Of a stretch of DNA of 64,000 bases, positions 1 through 11,530 are shown piece after piece. The notes under the pieces were generated by a model that saw nothing but the letters and a program-made list of their open reading frames with translations, was not told where the DNA came from and made no database searches. Position numbers and translations under genes: made by a program. Numbering within the stretch: the stretch's first letter is position 1; the number at the start of each line of letters is the position of its first letter. Source of the stretch: Stegostoma tigrinum (taxonomy: Eukaryota); NCBI RefSeq assembly GCF_030684315.1, contig NC_081396.1, positions 4,464,001 through 4,528,000 on the forward strand. The letters are read 5' to 3'.

Positions 1-574
1 AATTATCAGTCAAGATACTGTTGCATGGCAGAATCAAACAACAGAAAGGGCACAGCATCACTGATTTACTTCCTTAATCCAAGACATTTAATGGAGTCAC
101 GAGTCAATGTTGATCGCTGCCTTGCAACTCTACCCCAAGTATCTGGCAATGCCCTGCCACTTCAGATGGATCTGTCTGGCAGTTGGAATGGAATTTTTTT
201 TTAAATGGTGAAATAGATCAAATTTGTTGGCTTGCAAAGACCTAATTTCCTTGCAGACAAATCCATTTTCTGTAATATTAGGCAGGAATTAGTTGGAATG
301 TGTTCACTCTGTCTCCCACAACACAGGAAATCATAAAAGTTGCTTCACATTCTTACGTCATCAGGTTTTTATGATTGTTTCATTGTGATCCTGTAATAGG
401 GATTATCCAGTCACTTTTCAAGCTTAGTCAATTTAAACAGCTTTGGGCGCATGGAGAACCTGATGTAGTATGAGAGACAGTGCTCAATTTTAACAAAATG
501 CTTACAGAAGCACAGTCATAGAAAGGACAAGACAATTTAAATTTCACAGAAATCTCTTGATTGACAAATCTCTC

Positions 575-705
575 NNNNNNNNNNNNNNNNNNNNNNNNNN
601 NNNNNNNNNNNNNNNNNNNNNNNNNNNNNNNNNNNNNNNNNNNNNNNNNNNNNNNNNNNNNNNNNNNNNNNNNNNNNNNNNNNNNNNNNNNNNNNNNNNN
701 NNNNN
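575..705. other. Assembly gap (N run)
   Basis: Run of n. Confidence 0.99.
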
Positions 706-1019
706 CTGAGGAAGGATCACTGGAAGAGAAAATTTAAGAACTCTCTCCTTGGATGTTGCCAGAGCAACTGAGTTTTTCCAGAAATTTCTCTTTTGGTTTC
801 TCATTTGCAGCACCTGTTGTATTTTAGGTTTTATTCAATTGAACTCCTCCTCTATTCAGTTGTAGTCCAACTGAAATATCAAACTTGTTATTGAGAAATT
901 CTTATAAAACTGAATGGTGATGGTATTAAAGTGTTTTTATTACTTAGTTACAACAGATAAGACGTGCTCCTGGAGAGCAAAGTAAAAGATCATGACCAAC
1001 AAATGACATAAAGCAAAAC

Positions 1020-1345
1020 TAAGCTGAATTTATGCTGCTCAAGGTACCCAGTCTCCCTTTCATCCACAGGCATCGGTCTGTGCTGATATTGCACATTCTC
1101 CACATGTCTGCGTGTGTTTCTGCCGGGTGTTCCCGTTTCCATCCACAGTCCAAAGTGTCCAGGTGAGCTGGAACGGCCATTCATTATTGCTCAAAGTGGA
1201 AAGGGGTCTGTATGTTCGGTGGATGAGCCATGAGAAATTCAGTGTTAATGGGGAGGGGACTGATTCTAGTTGTGCTGCTGTTCGGAGCGGCAGTGTGGAT
1301 GTGTTGGACTGAATGTCTGTTTTCACACTGTAAGGATCCTATGAA
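1020..1345 (+). mobile_element. HE1-like V-SINE, degenerate
   Basis: V-domain-like core 'tgcacattctccacatgtctgcgtgtgtttctgccgggtgttcccgtttccatccacagtccaaag' and LINE-type tail 'tttcacactgtaaggatcctatga'. Ends approximate. Confidence 0.75.
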
Positions 1346-1386
1346 TTGATAGAGTTTAACTTGCTTAATCCGACATTCTTTCCCAG

Positions 1387-1683
1387 TGACTCCGTCTTCG
1401 CCGACACTTTATGGTCTAGTCTCCTGTCGTGAACACAGCACTCATGACTCTGTGATTTTTGGATGCTTGGCGATGGACTACTCCCCTGATGTCACTACTG
1501 TGACCTGGAAGAAAGATGGGACGCAGATCACGAATGGATTTAAGACATACCCATCGGTGAGAAACAAGAAGGGAACTTATACCCTGAGCACCCAGTTAGC
1601 CCTGACCGGTGCAGCTGCGCATTGTGGAAAAGTCTCCTGTGAGGTTCGACACAGCGGGTCCGACAAGAGCAAAGAAATACAAT
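1387..1683 (+). CDS. IGHM: IgM Cmu1 exon (open reading frame)
   Basis: cccag|tg acceptor, t|gtaagt donor; TPSSPTLYGLVSC...FGCLAMDYSPDVTTVTWKKDG...TYPSVRNKKGTYTLSTQL...VSCEVRHSGS; both domain Cys, Trp and the light-chain Cys present. Confidence 0.95.
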
Positions 1684-1754
1684 GTAAGTGTTGTGGGAAT
1701 GTGGTAGACAGATAAGTGTGCTTTACATAAATACGGTCTGATTCATAACACCAT

Positions 1755-4380
1755 TTCACAGAATCGTAGATCTATACAGCAGAAAAAATAGCCCCTCGGC
1801 CTATCTCGTAGATACAAAAGAAAACTACCCATCTATTCCAGCCCATTTGCCCACACAGAATGAATTGCCTTGTTGATTTGACATTGCAAGTGTAGGCTTC
1901 AATATTTCTGACATGTTATAAAGTTTTCAGCTTCAACATGACTCACAGGCATGCGGCTCCAATTCCAACATTGTCTGGATGATTTATTCCATTCAAAACA
2001 TCTTGGCTTTATCTAAAAACGATGTAACTGATTGTGAAATTTGGATAATTTAAGTTACCGGGAAAGGCTGAGTACGATGCATTTAATTTCCCAAGAGATT
2101 CAAAGTCTGGAGTCCTGACAGAAGTTTTTTTAAAAAATCATGAGCAAAATGGACAGAGTGAACAGTCAATGTTTTTTTTTCGCCACGGTCGGGAAATCCA
2201 AAACTGGAAGGCATAGGCTTAAGTTCAGAAGGCACAGATGTAGCAGGGGCCATGCAAATAGTGATATGTGAATGGATTGAGGTGCCAGTGGAATTGGTGG
2301 AGTGCAATGAGATAATTTAAAAGTTATCTGGATGGGAACATGAATAGGAAGCATTTAGATGGACATGTGGATTACATCGGGCTATATGGTCACAATAGAT
2401 GTGTTACACTGACGTGACTGTTCCCATGCTATACATGTCGACGATTCTGTGACTTTTTGGCAAGTTATAGCGCTACAAACGGTAGGTGGGGATGCACACA
2501 AAAGAATTTCAGGCATCTCAGGATTCCACTCTTTATAGTGTTAAACATTGCATGTTCTCTTTCAGGATGCATGGCTCACCTCAAAATTAGCCAGAATGAT
2601 TTCCATTTTCCATAAGCAGCCCATCGAGCCAGTCCTTCTTTATTCTACATTACCGCACAATCTTTGATTTCACTACTTACAGCTCAACAATTTTTATTTC
2701 ATCTGTGAAATTTCTGAGCAACACTTCTAGATTCAAGTCTAAATATTTTATAGGCATCACGCACAGTAAGAATATTTATACTGATCCCCACAGAGGATCA
2801 TTCGGCACAGATCGCCAGTCGCATAAACACACCACGACCATCGGCCTCCACTTCCTACCACTCAGCCAGTTCTGGAACCAATTAGACATTTTTTTTCAGC
2901 TTCCATTTGCTCTTAGCTTTGCTGTCATCTCCCCACCTGGCAACTCTTTGAAAACTCCTTTCAAGTTCGTTCGGCATGATTTCCCCTGAATGAAAAACAA
3001 ATGCTGACAATGTTTGATTAAACTCTTCCAAATGAAGATTAATTGTGTTCCTAGGAATTGCTTCCGATATTTTCCTTACAACTGAGTTGAGGTTGACTGT
3101 CCTCTGCTTCCATGGTTTATTCTTTGTTTCATCTTGCTCCATGGTATACCTTAGAACGATTGACAGTCATTTGGGATATACCCCGTGGCGAAAGAGGAAG
3201 TCAAACATATTGCGATGACCTCATGCACTACCTTTTGTTCCTCACTAAACAGCCCTGGATATTTTTAATCTGCCCTGTAATACAAAACGTGAGCATCCAC
3301 TCATCTAATGCAGATTTTTGAAAGCAAATCACGACCGTTCCCCATGATATTCTGGCCTCATTGTGTTTTACATCGCATGTCATTTCTTTGTTGGAACAGG
3401 TTGGCCTTTTCGTCTTTCTGTTTCCTCCCTGAATGCGTCCAACTGTTTTGACTCAAATTTAAAATTAAGCGTCGATCTTAGTTCACTTTGGTCAAACTGT
3501 ACCCTATCATGTTAAATATGGCCTTCCCATATTTCATAACTTTGGTTCGGATCCTTGCCTATTGCTTTCCAGAACAACTATGAATTCAATGGATTTGTGT
3601 TCAATCTCTGGAAAACGTTTCTCCTTTCACACATTAAGCACTTTGTCAGCCTCAATACCTAAAGTTAAGCCGAGGTGCAGTGTCTCTTGCAAGGCATTTT
3701 ACAGGCTGAGTTTCAAATGTCAATTTCTCAATTCTGCTCCTTCTCGACATTTGAAATGATGAATTTGAAGAATTTGAAATCCTTACAATGATTACCCTAT
3801 TTACCTACACCTGTCTGAAATTTTGCTGGAGGTATCCATATTCATATCTCTCGGACCTTTCGAGGAGCCTTTTCTTGCATTCCTGACAGACATTTTGCTT
3901 TATTTTGCTTTTTCAGTACTTTTCATTTGCCTTCATTTGAGGATGTATCTAGGATTTCATTCCTCTTTACTACTGAAAACATCCTGCTCAATATGGCAAC
4001 AGACACCACCACCTCTCCACCGCTCCCCACCCCGCGTCCATTTTATAACTTCCCACAATTCGTCTGAAGGCGACATCTCCAGGAATAATGTGCCTTGTCC
4101 CTCTCTCAACATATCTCCGTGATGTCACTACTTAATTTCCTCATTGTTCTCTTGAACTCGTCGGAATCTTTTCATTGATTTGACTGATGAATAATTTCTG
4201 CACCATATTTCGGACTTGCTATTTCTTCCAATTTTGGCACTTGCTATCAACTTTCTTATCTTTCTGCCTGAATTCCATATATTGCTGTTTTGTGCATAAT
4301 TTGTATCCTTGTAATGTTTAGGCAAACATCTACTAAACACAATGAACACTGAAAGAAAATTGTTGACTCTATTTTTCACC
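1755..4380. mobile_element. Degenerate CR1 LINE fragments in the Cmu1-Cmu2 intron (3' end minus ~1755-2010; 3' end plus ~2170-2450; long minus relic ~2750-4380)
   Basis: CR1-type 3' UTR/tails ('cagaatcgtagatctatacagcagaaaaa', 'gattctgtgac') and decayed ORF2-like sequence. Boundaries approximate. Confidence 0.55.
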
Positions 4381-4414
4381 AAACAAGATAACTTACACGA
4401 TCTGTTTTCTTAAG

Positions 4415-4626
4415 GTTCATACGGTAGTGTCACTCCGACTGTTCTCCTTACTGTGAGTTCCAGTGAAGAAATCGAGAGCAGGAAAGTTGCAACCTTAGTC
4501 TGCTCAATCTTTCACTTGAATCCAAAGGAAATCTCCGTGGTTTGGTTGAAGAATGGAAGAGTGGTAAATTCTGGTGTCTTCACTTCTCCTGTGTGTGAAG
4601 CGAATGTAAACTTCTCACACCAGTAA
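4415..4626 (+). pseudogene. IGHM: IgM Cmu2 exon, 3'-truncated
   Basis: taag|gt acceptor; SYGSVTPTVLLTVSSSEEIESRKVATLVCSIF...VVWLKNG...FTSPVCEANVNFS then HQ* (TAA 4624-4626); second Cys, F/G strands and donor missing. Confidence 0.92.
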
Positions 4627-5198
4627 TGCAACTTATTTTCCATCGTGTTAAATTACATTAAGCAGAATTTCCGTGAAAGTTCACCACTCCTAAAACATAA
4701 AGTATCCATAATTACAAAAAGAATAAGAGGATGACTACTTTTGATTACAGGTTTACTGAAATTGTTATTTTTCTTCGCACTCACCATGGCCAGCAAAATT
4801 TACATACATACCTCATGAAAGTAAAAATGAATTTATTATATTGATTGGAGATTAGTTCAAAATTATCAGTAGTTGGCCTTATGTGACGGAAGAACTGTGA
4901 AAGGAAATAACTCCATGAGTTAAATCATGGTACCATTGGTTTTTATTTTTGACACATGATTCACTTGTTTTAAAGCTTGTTTGCTTTGGTAATAATTATA
5001 CAGGAAATTTTATAGGTAATCAACAATGTTTTCACAAGTCAAAATGTATAGACAATAGTAAATATCGTTGCAGGAATAGTTGCAAGTTGCCCTCTCAAAA
5101 GTGTTTTTCTATAACGTTGTGAGTCAATAGACTGAACACTGAGGTTTTATTTCTCAAGAAGCATTTCATCATTGATTCTGATTTCTGCTCCATTGTAG

Positions 5199-5504
5199 TT
5201 TCAGAGTGCCGTGATTAAACAGCTAAAATACTACCGCCACCAGTTGAACAGGTCTTACTGGAGGCCACGGTGACATTAACCTGCGTTGTGTCCAATCTTC
5301 ATTTTGAAGCCGACTTCACCTGGTTACACGACAAGAAGACTCTGAAATCAGAACTTGTTGACCAGTCCGGAGAGCATTCCGAAGGTGTGATCAGCAATTT
5401 AGATATTTCTACTGAAGCCTGGCTGAGTGGGGATACATTTGAACGCGTGGTGAACAATCAGTATCTACCGACTCCACTGAGAAACTCCATCCACAAAGAG
5501 AAAT
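5199..5504 (+). pseudogene. IGHM: IgM Cmu3 exon, disabled
   Basis: tgtag|tt acceptor, t|gtgagt donor; [32 protein letters not shown]...FTW...[32 protein letters not shown]; TAA 5216-5218, second Cys->Arg (CGC 5444-5446). Confidence 0.95.
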
Positions 5505-5949
5505 GTGAGTTAAGAAATGAAAGCACAAAGCATTTATAATTTAGATCCAGTTTCATCGATGGCATGTTTTGATTGGTATTAAAGTAGCTCCGTTGATGGC
5601 ATTGATGATACATTTCCTGACAAGAAAGATAAATAAAGAATGAGGGAAAAATCAAAACTCGATTAGCGGATATTCTGTCGAGATTATATTAAAAATTGGA
5701 AGAGAACTGGAGTTTTGTGACATAAACTCCAGTAATGACAAATGTGTAAAATTTCCGAGTTCTGGGCTAATGACATGCAGATGGCATTTGAACTTTTTTT
5801 TTGTAATGAATAGAACGGATACTATTCTACTACTTTAAAAAAAATGAAAGTGAATAAAATCCAAAATAAACATGGAATAGATGAAGATAATAAAATGTGA
5901 GGCTGGATGAACACAGCAGGCCAAGCAGCATCTCAGGAGCACAAAAGCT

Positions 5950-5977
5950 GACGTTTCGGGCCTAGACCCTTCATCAG
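5950..5977 (-). ncRNA. Minimal type I hammerhead ribozyme motif in PLE pseudo-LTR
   Basis: Minus strand CTGATGA-agggtctaggccc-GAAACGTC: intact core, stem II gggtc/ggccc, GUC triplet. Confidence 0.75.
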
Positions 5978-6862
5978 AGAGGGGGATGGGGGGAGGGAAC
6001 TGGAATAAATAGGGAGAGAGGGGGAGGCGGACCGAAGATGGAGAGCAAAGAAGATAGGTGGAGAGGGTGTAGGTGGGGAGGTAGGGAGGGGATAGGTCAG
6101 TCCAGGGAAGACGGACAGGTCAAGGAGGTGGGATGAGGTTAGTAGGTAGCTGGGGGTGCGGCTGGGGGTGGGAGGAAGGGATGGGTGAGAGGAAGAACCG
6201 GTTAGGGAGGCAGAGACAGGTTGGACTGGTTTTGGGATGCAGTGGGTGGGGGGGAAGAGCTGGGCTGGTTGTGTGGTGCAGTGGGGGGAGGGGATGAACT
6301 GGGCTGGTTTAGGGATGCAGTGGGGGAAGGGGAGATTTTGAAACTGGTGAAGTCCACATTGATACCATATGGCTGCAGGGTTCCCAGGCGGAATATGAGT
6401 TGCTGTTCCTGCAACCTTCGGGTGGCATCATTGTGGCAGTGCAGGAGGCCCATGATGGACATGTCATCAAGAGAATGGGAGGGGGAGTGGAAATGGTTTG
6501 CGACTGGGAGGTGCAGTTGTTTGTTGCGAACTGAGCGGAGGTTCATCCCCTCCCCCCACTGCACCACACAACCAGCCCAGCTCTTCCCCCCCACCCACTG
6601 CATCCCAAAACCAGTCCAACCTGTCTCTGCCTCCCTAACCGGTTCTTCCTCTCACCCATCCCTTCCTCCCACCCCCAGCCGCACCCCCAGCTACCTACTA
6701 ACCTCATCCCACCTCCTTGACCTGTCCGTCTTCCCTGGACTGACCTATCCCCTCCCTACCTCCCCACCTACACCCTCTCCACCTATCTTCTTTGCTCTCC
6801 ATCTTCGGTCCGCCTCCCCCTCTCTCCCTATTTATTCCAGTTCCCTCCCCCCATCCCCCTCT

Positions 6863-6890
6863 CTGATGAAGGGTCTAGGCCCGAAACGTC
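6863..6890 (+). ncRNA. Minimal type I hammerhead ribozyme motif in PLE pseudo-LTR (sense to IgM)
   Basis: CTGATGA-agggtctaggccc-GAAACGTC. Confidence 0.75.
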
Positions 6891-7075
6891 AGCTTTTGTG
6901 CTCCTGAGATGCTGCTTGGCCTGCTGTGTTCATCCAGCCTCACATTTTATTATCTTGGAATCTCCAGCATCTGCAGTTCCCATTATCTCATGGAATAGAT
7001 GAATATTGGGTAAAATCCCAATCCTGTTTCCTTACGATTTAAAAATAATTCATACTTTTTTCAAACATTTTGCAG

Positions 7076-7468
7076 TGATAAATCCACTGGAGCCATCGGT
7101 GTCCATCCTGCTGCCAACGACATAAGAAGTCTCCGCACAGAGATTTCTTTCACTCACCTGTTTAGTGAGAGGCTTCAGGCCGCGAGAGATCTTTGTCAAG
7201 TGGACAACCAATGACAAGCCAATTAATCCCAGTAACTACAAGAACACCGAGGTGACGGCAGAGAGCAACAACACTTCATTTTTCTTGTACAGCCTATTAA
7301 CAATTGCAGCGGAGGAGTGGAGCCAGCGGTGCTTCTTACTCCTGTGTGGTGGGACATGAAGCGATTCCATTGAAGATCATCAGCAGAACAGTTGATAAAT
7401 CCAGCGGTGAACCGAGTTTTGTGAATATTTCGCTTGCACTGATGGACGCCATCAATTCATGCCAATGA
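7076..7468 (+). pseudogene. IGHM: IgM Cmu4 exon plus secretory tail, disabled
   Basis: tgcag|tg acceptor; [41 protein letters not shown]...[14 protein letters not shown] (+1 A at 7321) [48 protein letters not shown]; TAA 7123-7125; internal donor G|GT 7406/7407. Confidence 0.95.
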
Positions 7469-7490
7469 AATTTTAAGGTTACAGTAAAGA

Positions 7491-7496
7491 ATTAAA
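7491..7496 (+). promoter_or_regulatory. Candidate secretory poly(A) signal (ATTAAA)
   Basis: ATTAAA 23 nt after the secretory stop, followed by a GT/T-rich tract. Confidence 0.5.
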
Positions 7497-8679
7497 TGAA
7501 AGTAATAATGTGTTTTCTTTCTTCAATTTGTCATTTAAATAGACAATCGTTTAATTTATGGTATTTCTCACTTTTCATAATATTCCGCCCTTCCAGTAAA
7601 AGTCGATAGATAGCAGGACTAGGAATCGTGTCTTGTGCAGTTAATGCTCCTTGCTCAGACCAGTCCTTGTTCAGTGACAGACAAAAGCTCAATCATTACG
7701 GCATTCAGCAAAGCACCTTCCCCATCTTAAATGTTACTGCGACAAAATTTGACAATGTCTATTCCATCACAAATGAGCATCATGGATTTTGATCTTGGCT
7801 TCCCTGATTCCACAATCGCCTATATCTTGAAAATTCATGCCAGCTTTTAAATGCCCCATTGCACCCACTTGGAGTATACCCTTTCGTGGCATTTAAAACA
7901 ATGTTTGATTGTGACACACCAAGAAGGAAGTATTGCTTTGGTTACCAATCATATTGAGTTCAGAGTAACTTGAATTTCTCCTTTTATCGGTGCTATGCCA
8001 GGGACCTAAGACCAGTGCATCAGTTAACAGAATCCATTTTTTTCAAGTCCACAGCAAACATAATAGAAAGAAACGTTGTTATTTCAAACATAGGGAGAAG
8101 CGGGTAGAATGAGTAATGGATGATATGCAGACACCACTTGCCTAGAGTTCACGTTATATGCCCTCTGTATTGTGATTTCTAGCTGACAGGAAGAGTCAGC
8201 TCATTGCTTACTGGCCAGTGATTCAAATCTACCAAGCAATATAATTCATTTGAAACCTATTCTATACCCTTGATCCCGTTAATCATCTGTTAACATTGTT
8301 TCTGCGGAATCAAAACCAACTTGGCATTGTTCCAGTTTATTTTCAACAGTTCTGACTCAAATTCCTGGAACCCGAGGGATCAGTTCTGGGATACAAACAC
8401 AGGACATCATTTTCTTTCACTTGCTGTGGACATATTTTGCACACAAATTTCTCAGAAATGTAATTCTCCATCTCGAGAATGGTCGGAATTTTATTTGAGG
8501 AATTTCATTTCAGAGACAGAAATTCTGACTTTGCAACAAGAGTTATTCACGTAGCGCTTATCTGTTCACAACAGTGACAAATCTTCCCTTCACCATCAGG
8601 GGCAAAGCTAATCATTGGCAATTGATGATAGTTACAAAACAGTAAAAAAAAACTCAGTCCGGTAGAAGAGCAGAAACAA

Positions 8680-9800
8680 ATACAAATGCTCACAAACGCT
8701 CGCATGACACAGATATACAAGCTCTCACCAAAAGGGACATAATTATGTTCAAACATAACTGCGCATACACGTAAGTTGCCACACTGTATGCATGCACACC
8801 ATACATACTGAACGGCACATAAACTGTCCCATAAAGACCAGTGCATTGAAAGAAACACACCCAAATAAACAGGGTCCACCATGCAAAATCATGAAAAACA
8901 TAGACCCACGTCAGCACACAAACTCTCTTTAATACATATCCCTTCATAACCATGATACGTACAGATATGCATTTATAAACGCACACATACAATATCCAAG
9001 ATATATCCTCCCATGTACGCACTCACACACATAGACATATGAGTGCAGAGGCAAACTTTAATTTCATCATTATCCCACTTGCAGAAATCTCGACATCTGA
9101 GTTAAGAGGCGGCTTAGTTACTTATTTTACAAAATACTTTAATATACACATCAGAACGTCCACGCATGAACACAATTTCTGAGTCTCACAGGCAGACACA
9201 GAAGTGCATTGACCAATGCACAGTGGGGTATTTTCAATGAAGGGGAATAGCACAACATCAATAAACATCCACACCTAATAGCACAAAAAAAATCATTTCA
9301 AGAGTTGGTTTAGAATGTAATGACATGCAAATAATAACATCACATAAATTTAAACATGAATCAATACATGAAGTTACACACGAACATAACATGTTTATGG
9401 AGCACAAACATGAAAATAGTTTGAGTCTGGCAGAGTCTGCAATCGATACATAAACACACATTTTCAATCGCACTATACAAACAAAAACTCTCAACGTCAT
9501 TAAAAAAATATGGTAGGTATCAACGAATGAGGTAGCATATTAACATAACGTTGCTAACATGTGAAATGAACACAATTTACCGAAAAAGCACAAAGATGTT
9601 AATGAACATAACGGCGCCCAAGCAACTAGAATATGCTTGGCCATGCATAATCTCCAAAGAGAATACATGTGAAGGAAGAGACACTCATAACCACATACCC
9701 AAACAATAAAGGGAAAAAAAGTACACACCAAGCTGCAGACAAAAAAAACTAAGGTAGAGTTCACAAAATTAAAAAAATCTCAGCGTAGACAGATAATGCA
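8680..9800. repeat. CA-rich low-complexity region (decayed microsatellite) in the Cmu4-TM1 intron
   Basis: Strong A/C bias with many acac/cacat runs; explains the V/C/Y/M-rich minus ORFs. Confidence 0.6.
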
Positions 9801-10284
9801 AACAAATATATGAAATAATGATCGTACTCTTGACCAATTTATATTCATGATTTGTCGAGCAATTAATCACATATAAAAATGAAAGATCAGTCGTCACATT
9901 TGAACTCATATTCACTGATGACCACAATTTTCAACTTAACAGCTGCCGCTGCCTATATTGCAAATACAATGCCATAATTAATGTAATCGTTCCCAATCTG
10001 TGAAATGACAACAGTGATTATATTCTCCATTAATATTTTAAATAAAGAAATGCGTCAAAATGTTCAGACGTGGCTAACCAAGGAAGAACATGTCCAAATG
10101 GGATTAGCAAGTCTTTGCTGGCAAGAAATAAAACAACAATAGGTGGAGATCAAAAGTCAAATTTGAGAACAACCTGACAGCTTGAAGAACGCGTGACAGT
10201 TCTTAATTACAATATTTAGAGAAAGATATATCAGACTGGGTCAATGAACAATCTCAACTCGTTGTCTCGTTTTTATATTCATAG

Positions 10285-10412
10285 ACTCCAGAGATCATAA
10301 TTGGATTGAACACTCTGAGGATGATAACGGCAACATGTGGACAACTGCTTCTACATTCATTACCTTGTTCTTTCTGAGCATTTTCTACAGTGCTGCCGTC
10401 ACACTGGTCAAG
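10285..10412 (+). CDS. IGHM: IgM TM1 exon (open)
   Basis: atag|ac acceptor, aag|gttaga donor; (D)SRDHNWIEHSEDDNGNMWTTASTFITLFFLSIFYSAAVTLVK with intact antigen-receptor (CART) TM motif. Confidence 0.95.
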
Positions 10413-10551
10413 GTTAGACAAATGAAATCGCTTGCACCTCAAACAGGCCATTGTTGTTTGTGCAATCTGGTTGTGTGTCAATGAATTAAAATTAAAACCT
10501 GAATGCCCTGAGCATAAATATTTACATCTTTACCTGATCACTCTTTTTCAG

Positions 10552-10560
10552 GTCAAGTGA
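10552..10560 (+). CDS. IGHM: IgM TM2 exon (VK*)
   Basis: ctttttcag|gtc aag tga gives the KVK cytoplasmic tail. Confidence 0.93.
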   Translation, partial: VK

Positions 10561-11049
10561 ATGAACTTTGCACCCCGTTGAATTTCCTAATCTGTTCATC
10601 GAGGCCACTGAACTCCAAATGTATAATCAGTCATGTGGTTGAAAGTAGCAGTGAGATAAATTCACTTTACGAGTCTGTAAATGAGAAAATCTTTGTTGTG
10701 TTTTCAATTTCCCTTGCTTGGTAACGCCAAGATAGTTAGTGTTTCAATAATTTGTAGCTTCCTAATAGGTGAAGTCAATTTGTGTTGTTGTTGTTGTTAT
10801 TCCTCACTCAAAATTGTTGTTCGTCTTCTATGTTGAGTCTGTAATTTCTTTTTCTGATGACTATTACCGATGAGTATGAAATACAGAGCTCAGATGGTAT
10901 GTGTTATCGACTGAATGTGGCATCAAATCATTATGTTCACTTTTGGTAATTTTAACATAAATATTTTGATTTAAATGCAGTCTGAATCAGGAAATATACT
11001 GAGACTGAATATGTACAAACCTTGAGTTTGCTGTATTCTTTCTTCAAAG

Positions 11050-11530
11050 GTCATCAGTAATGGCAGTAGAATAACGGTCGTGATTTTTATAATGACTGGG
11101 CAAATGAGTGTGAGCTGTGTGCAGAACAGGATACAATAATGGACTGCTTGCGCTGAAATCACTCTGCCTCTGCATTATTCCATGAGAAAGATCGAGTGAA
11201 AAATGGGTTTATATTCATGGGCTGTAAGATGGAGAAGCTGAAGATGGAGAAGCTGAAGATGGAGAATTTTCCTAAATTTTACTGTCCCGCTCCGATTCCC
11301 GTCAAATGCTTCAGAGTTAGATCTGATTGTGTTTCCTGTCGTCATTAGGTTCAAGATTCTCCATCTTGCAGCCCATTTTTCACTCGATCTGTCTCATGAC
11401 ACAATCCAGATACAGAATGATGACAGCGCAAGCAGGCCATTGTGGTATCCTGTTATGCAGACAGGTCACACCCGTTTGTCCAGCCATTATAAAAATCACA
11501 GCAGTTGTTCTATTGTGAAACTGCTGAAGG
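11050..11530. repeat. Imperfect long inverted repeat (arms ~11050-11275 and ~11345-11530) with an internal 15-bp tandem (aagatggagaagctg)
   Basis: tgatttttataatgactggg / cagccattataaaaatca; gatcgagtgaaaaatggg / cccatttttcactcgatc; ORFs 10971-11162(-) and 11327-11518(+) translate to similar peptides. Confidence 0.85.

Larger units (their letters stand above)
5884..6988. mobile_element. Penelope-like element, 5'-truncated, with inverted pseudo-LTRs
   Basis: Arms 5884-6299 and 6541-6956 are reverse complements (416 bp); spacer encodes GIY-YIG C-terminus on minus (HLPVANHF...LQEQQLIFRLGTLQPYGINVDF); 32-nt tail 6957-6988; 15-bp TSD catggaatagatgaa at 5871-5885 and 6989-7003. Confidence 0.92.
1387..10560 (+). 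pseudogene. IGHM: IgM heavy chain constant region (Cmu1-4, secretory tail, TM1, TM2), pseudogene
   Basis: Six exons in canonical order, translating to shark mu-chain-like domains; disabling lesions in Cmu2, Cmu3 and Cmu4. V-D-D-J not seen in window (presumably upstream). Confidence 0.93.

Noticed and set aside
364-387. RSS-like ggtttttat...cattgtg suggesting a D or J segment
   Set aside because: Spacer is only 8 bp and no WGxG J motif or paired RSS follows; most likely J-C intron.
5980-6330. G-rich tract as a class-switch region
   Set aside because: It is part of the Penelope pseudo-LTR (same sequence at ~14830-15190) and lies between C exons.
6221-6907. 228-aa and other Pro/Gly-rich or antisense ORFs (e.g. 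13996-14490, 48418-48933, 60938-61267)
   Set aside because: Alternative frames or antisense of PLE/CR1 sequence.
1387-7468. Functional IgM1gj-like (Cmu2-less) secreted chain
   Set aside because: Stops in Cmu3 and Cmu4 and the Cmu4 frameshift prevent it.
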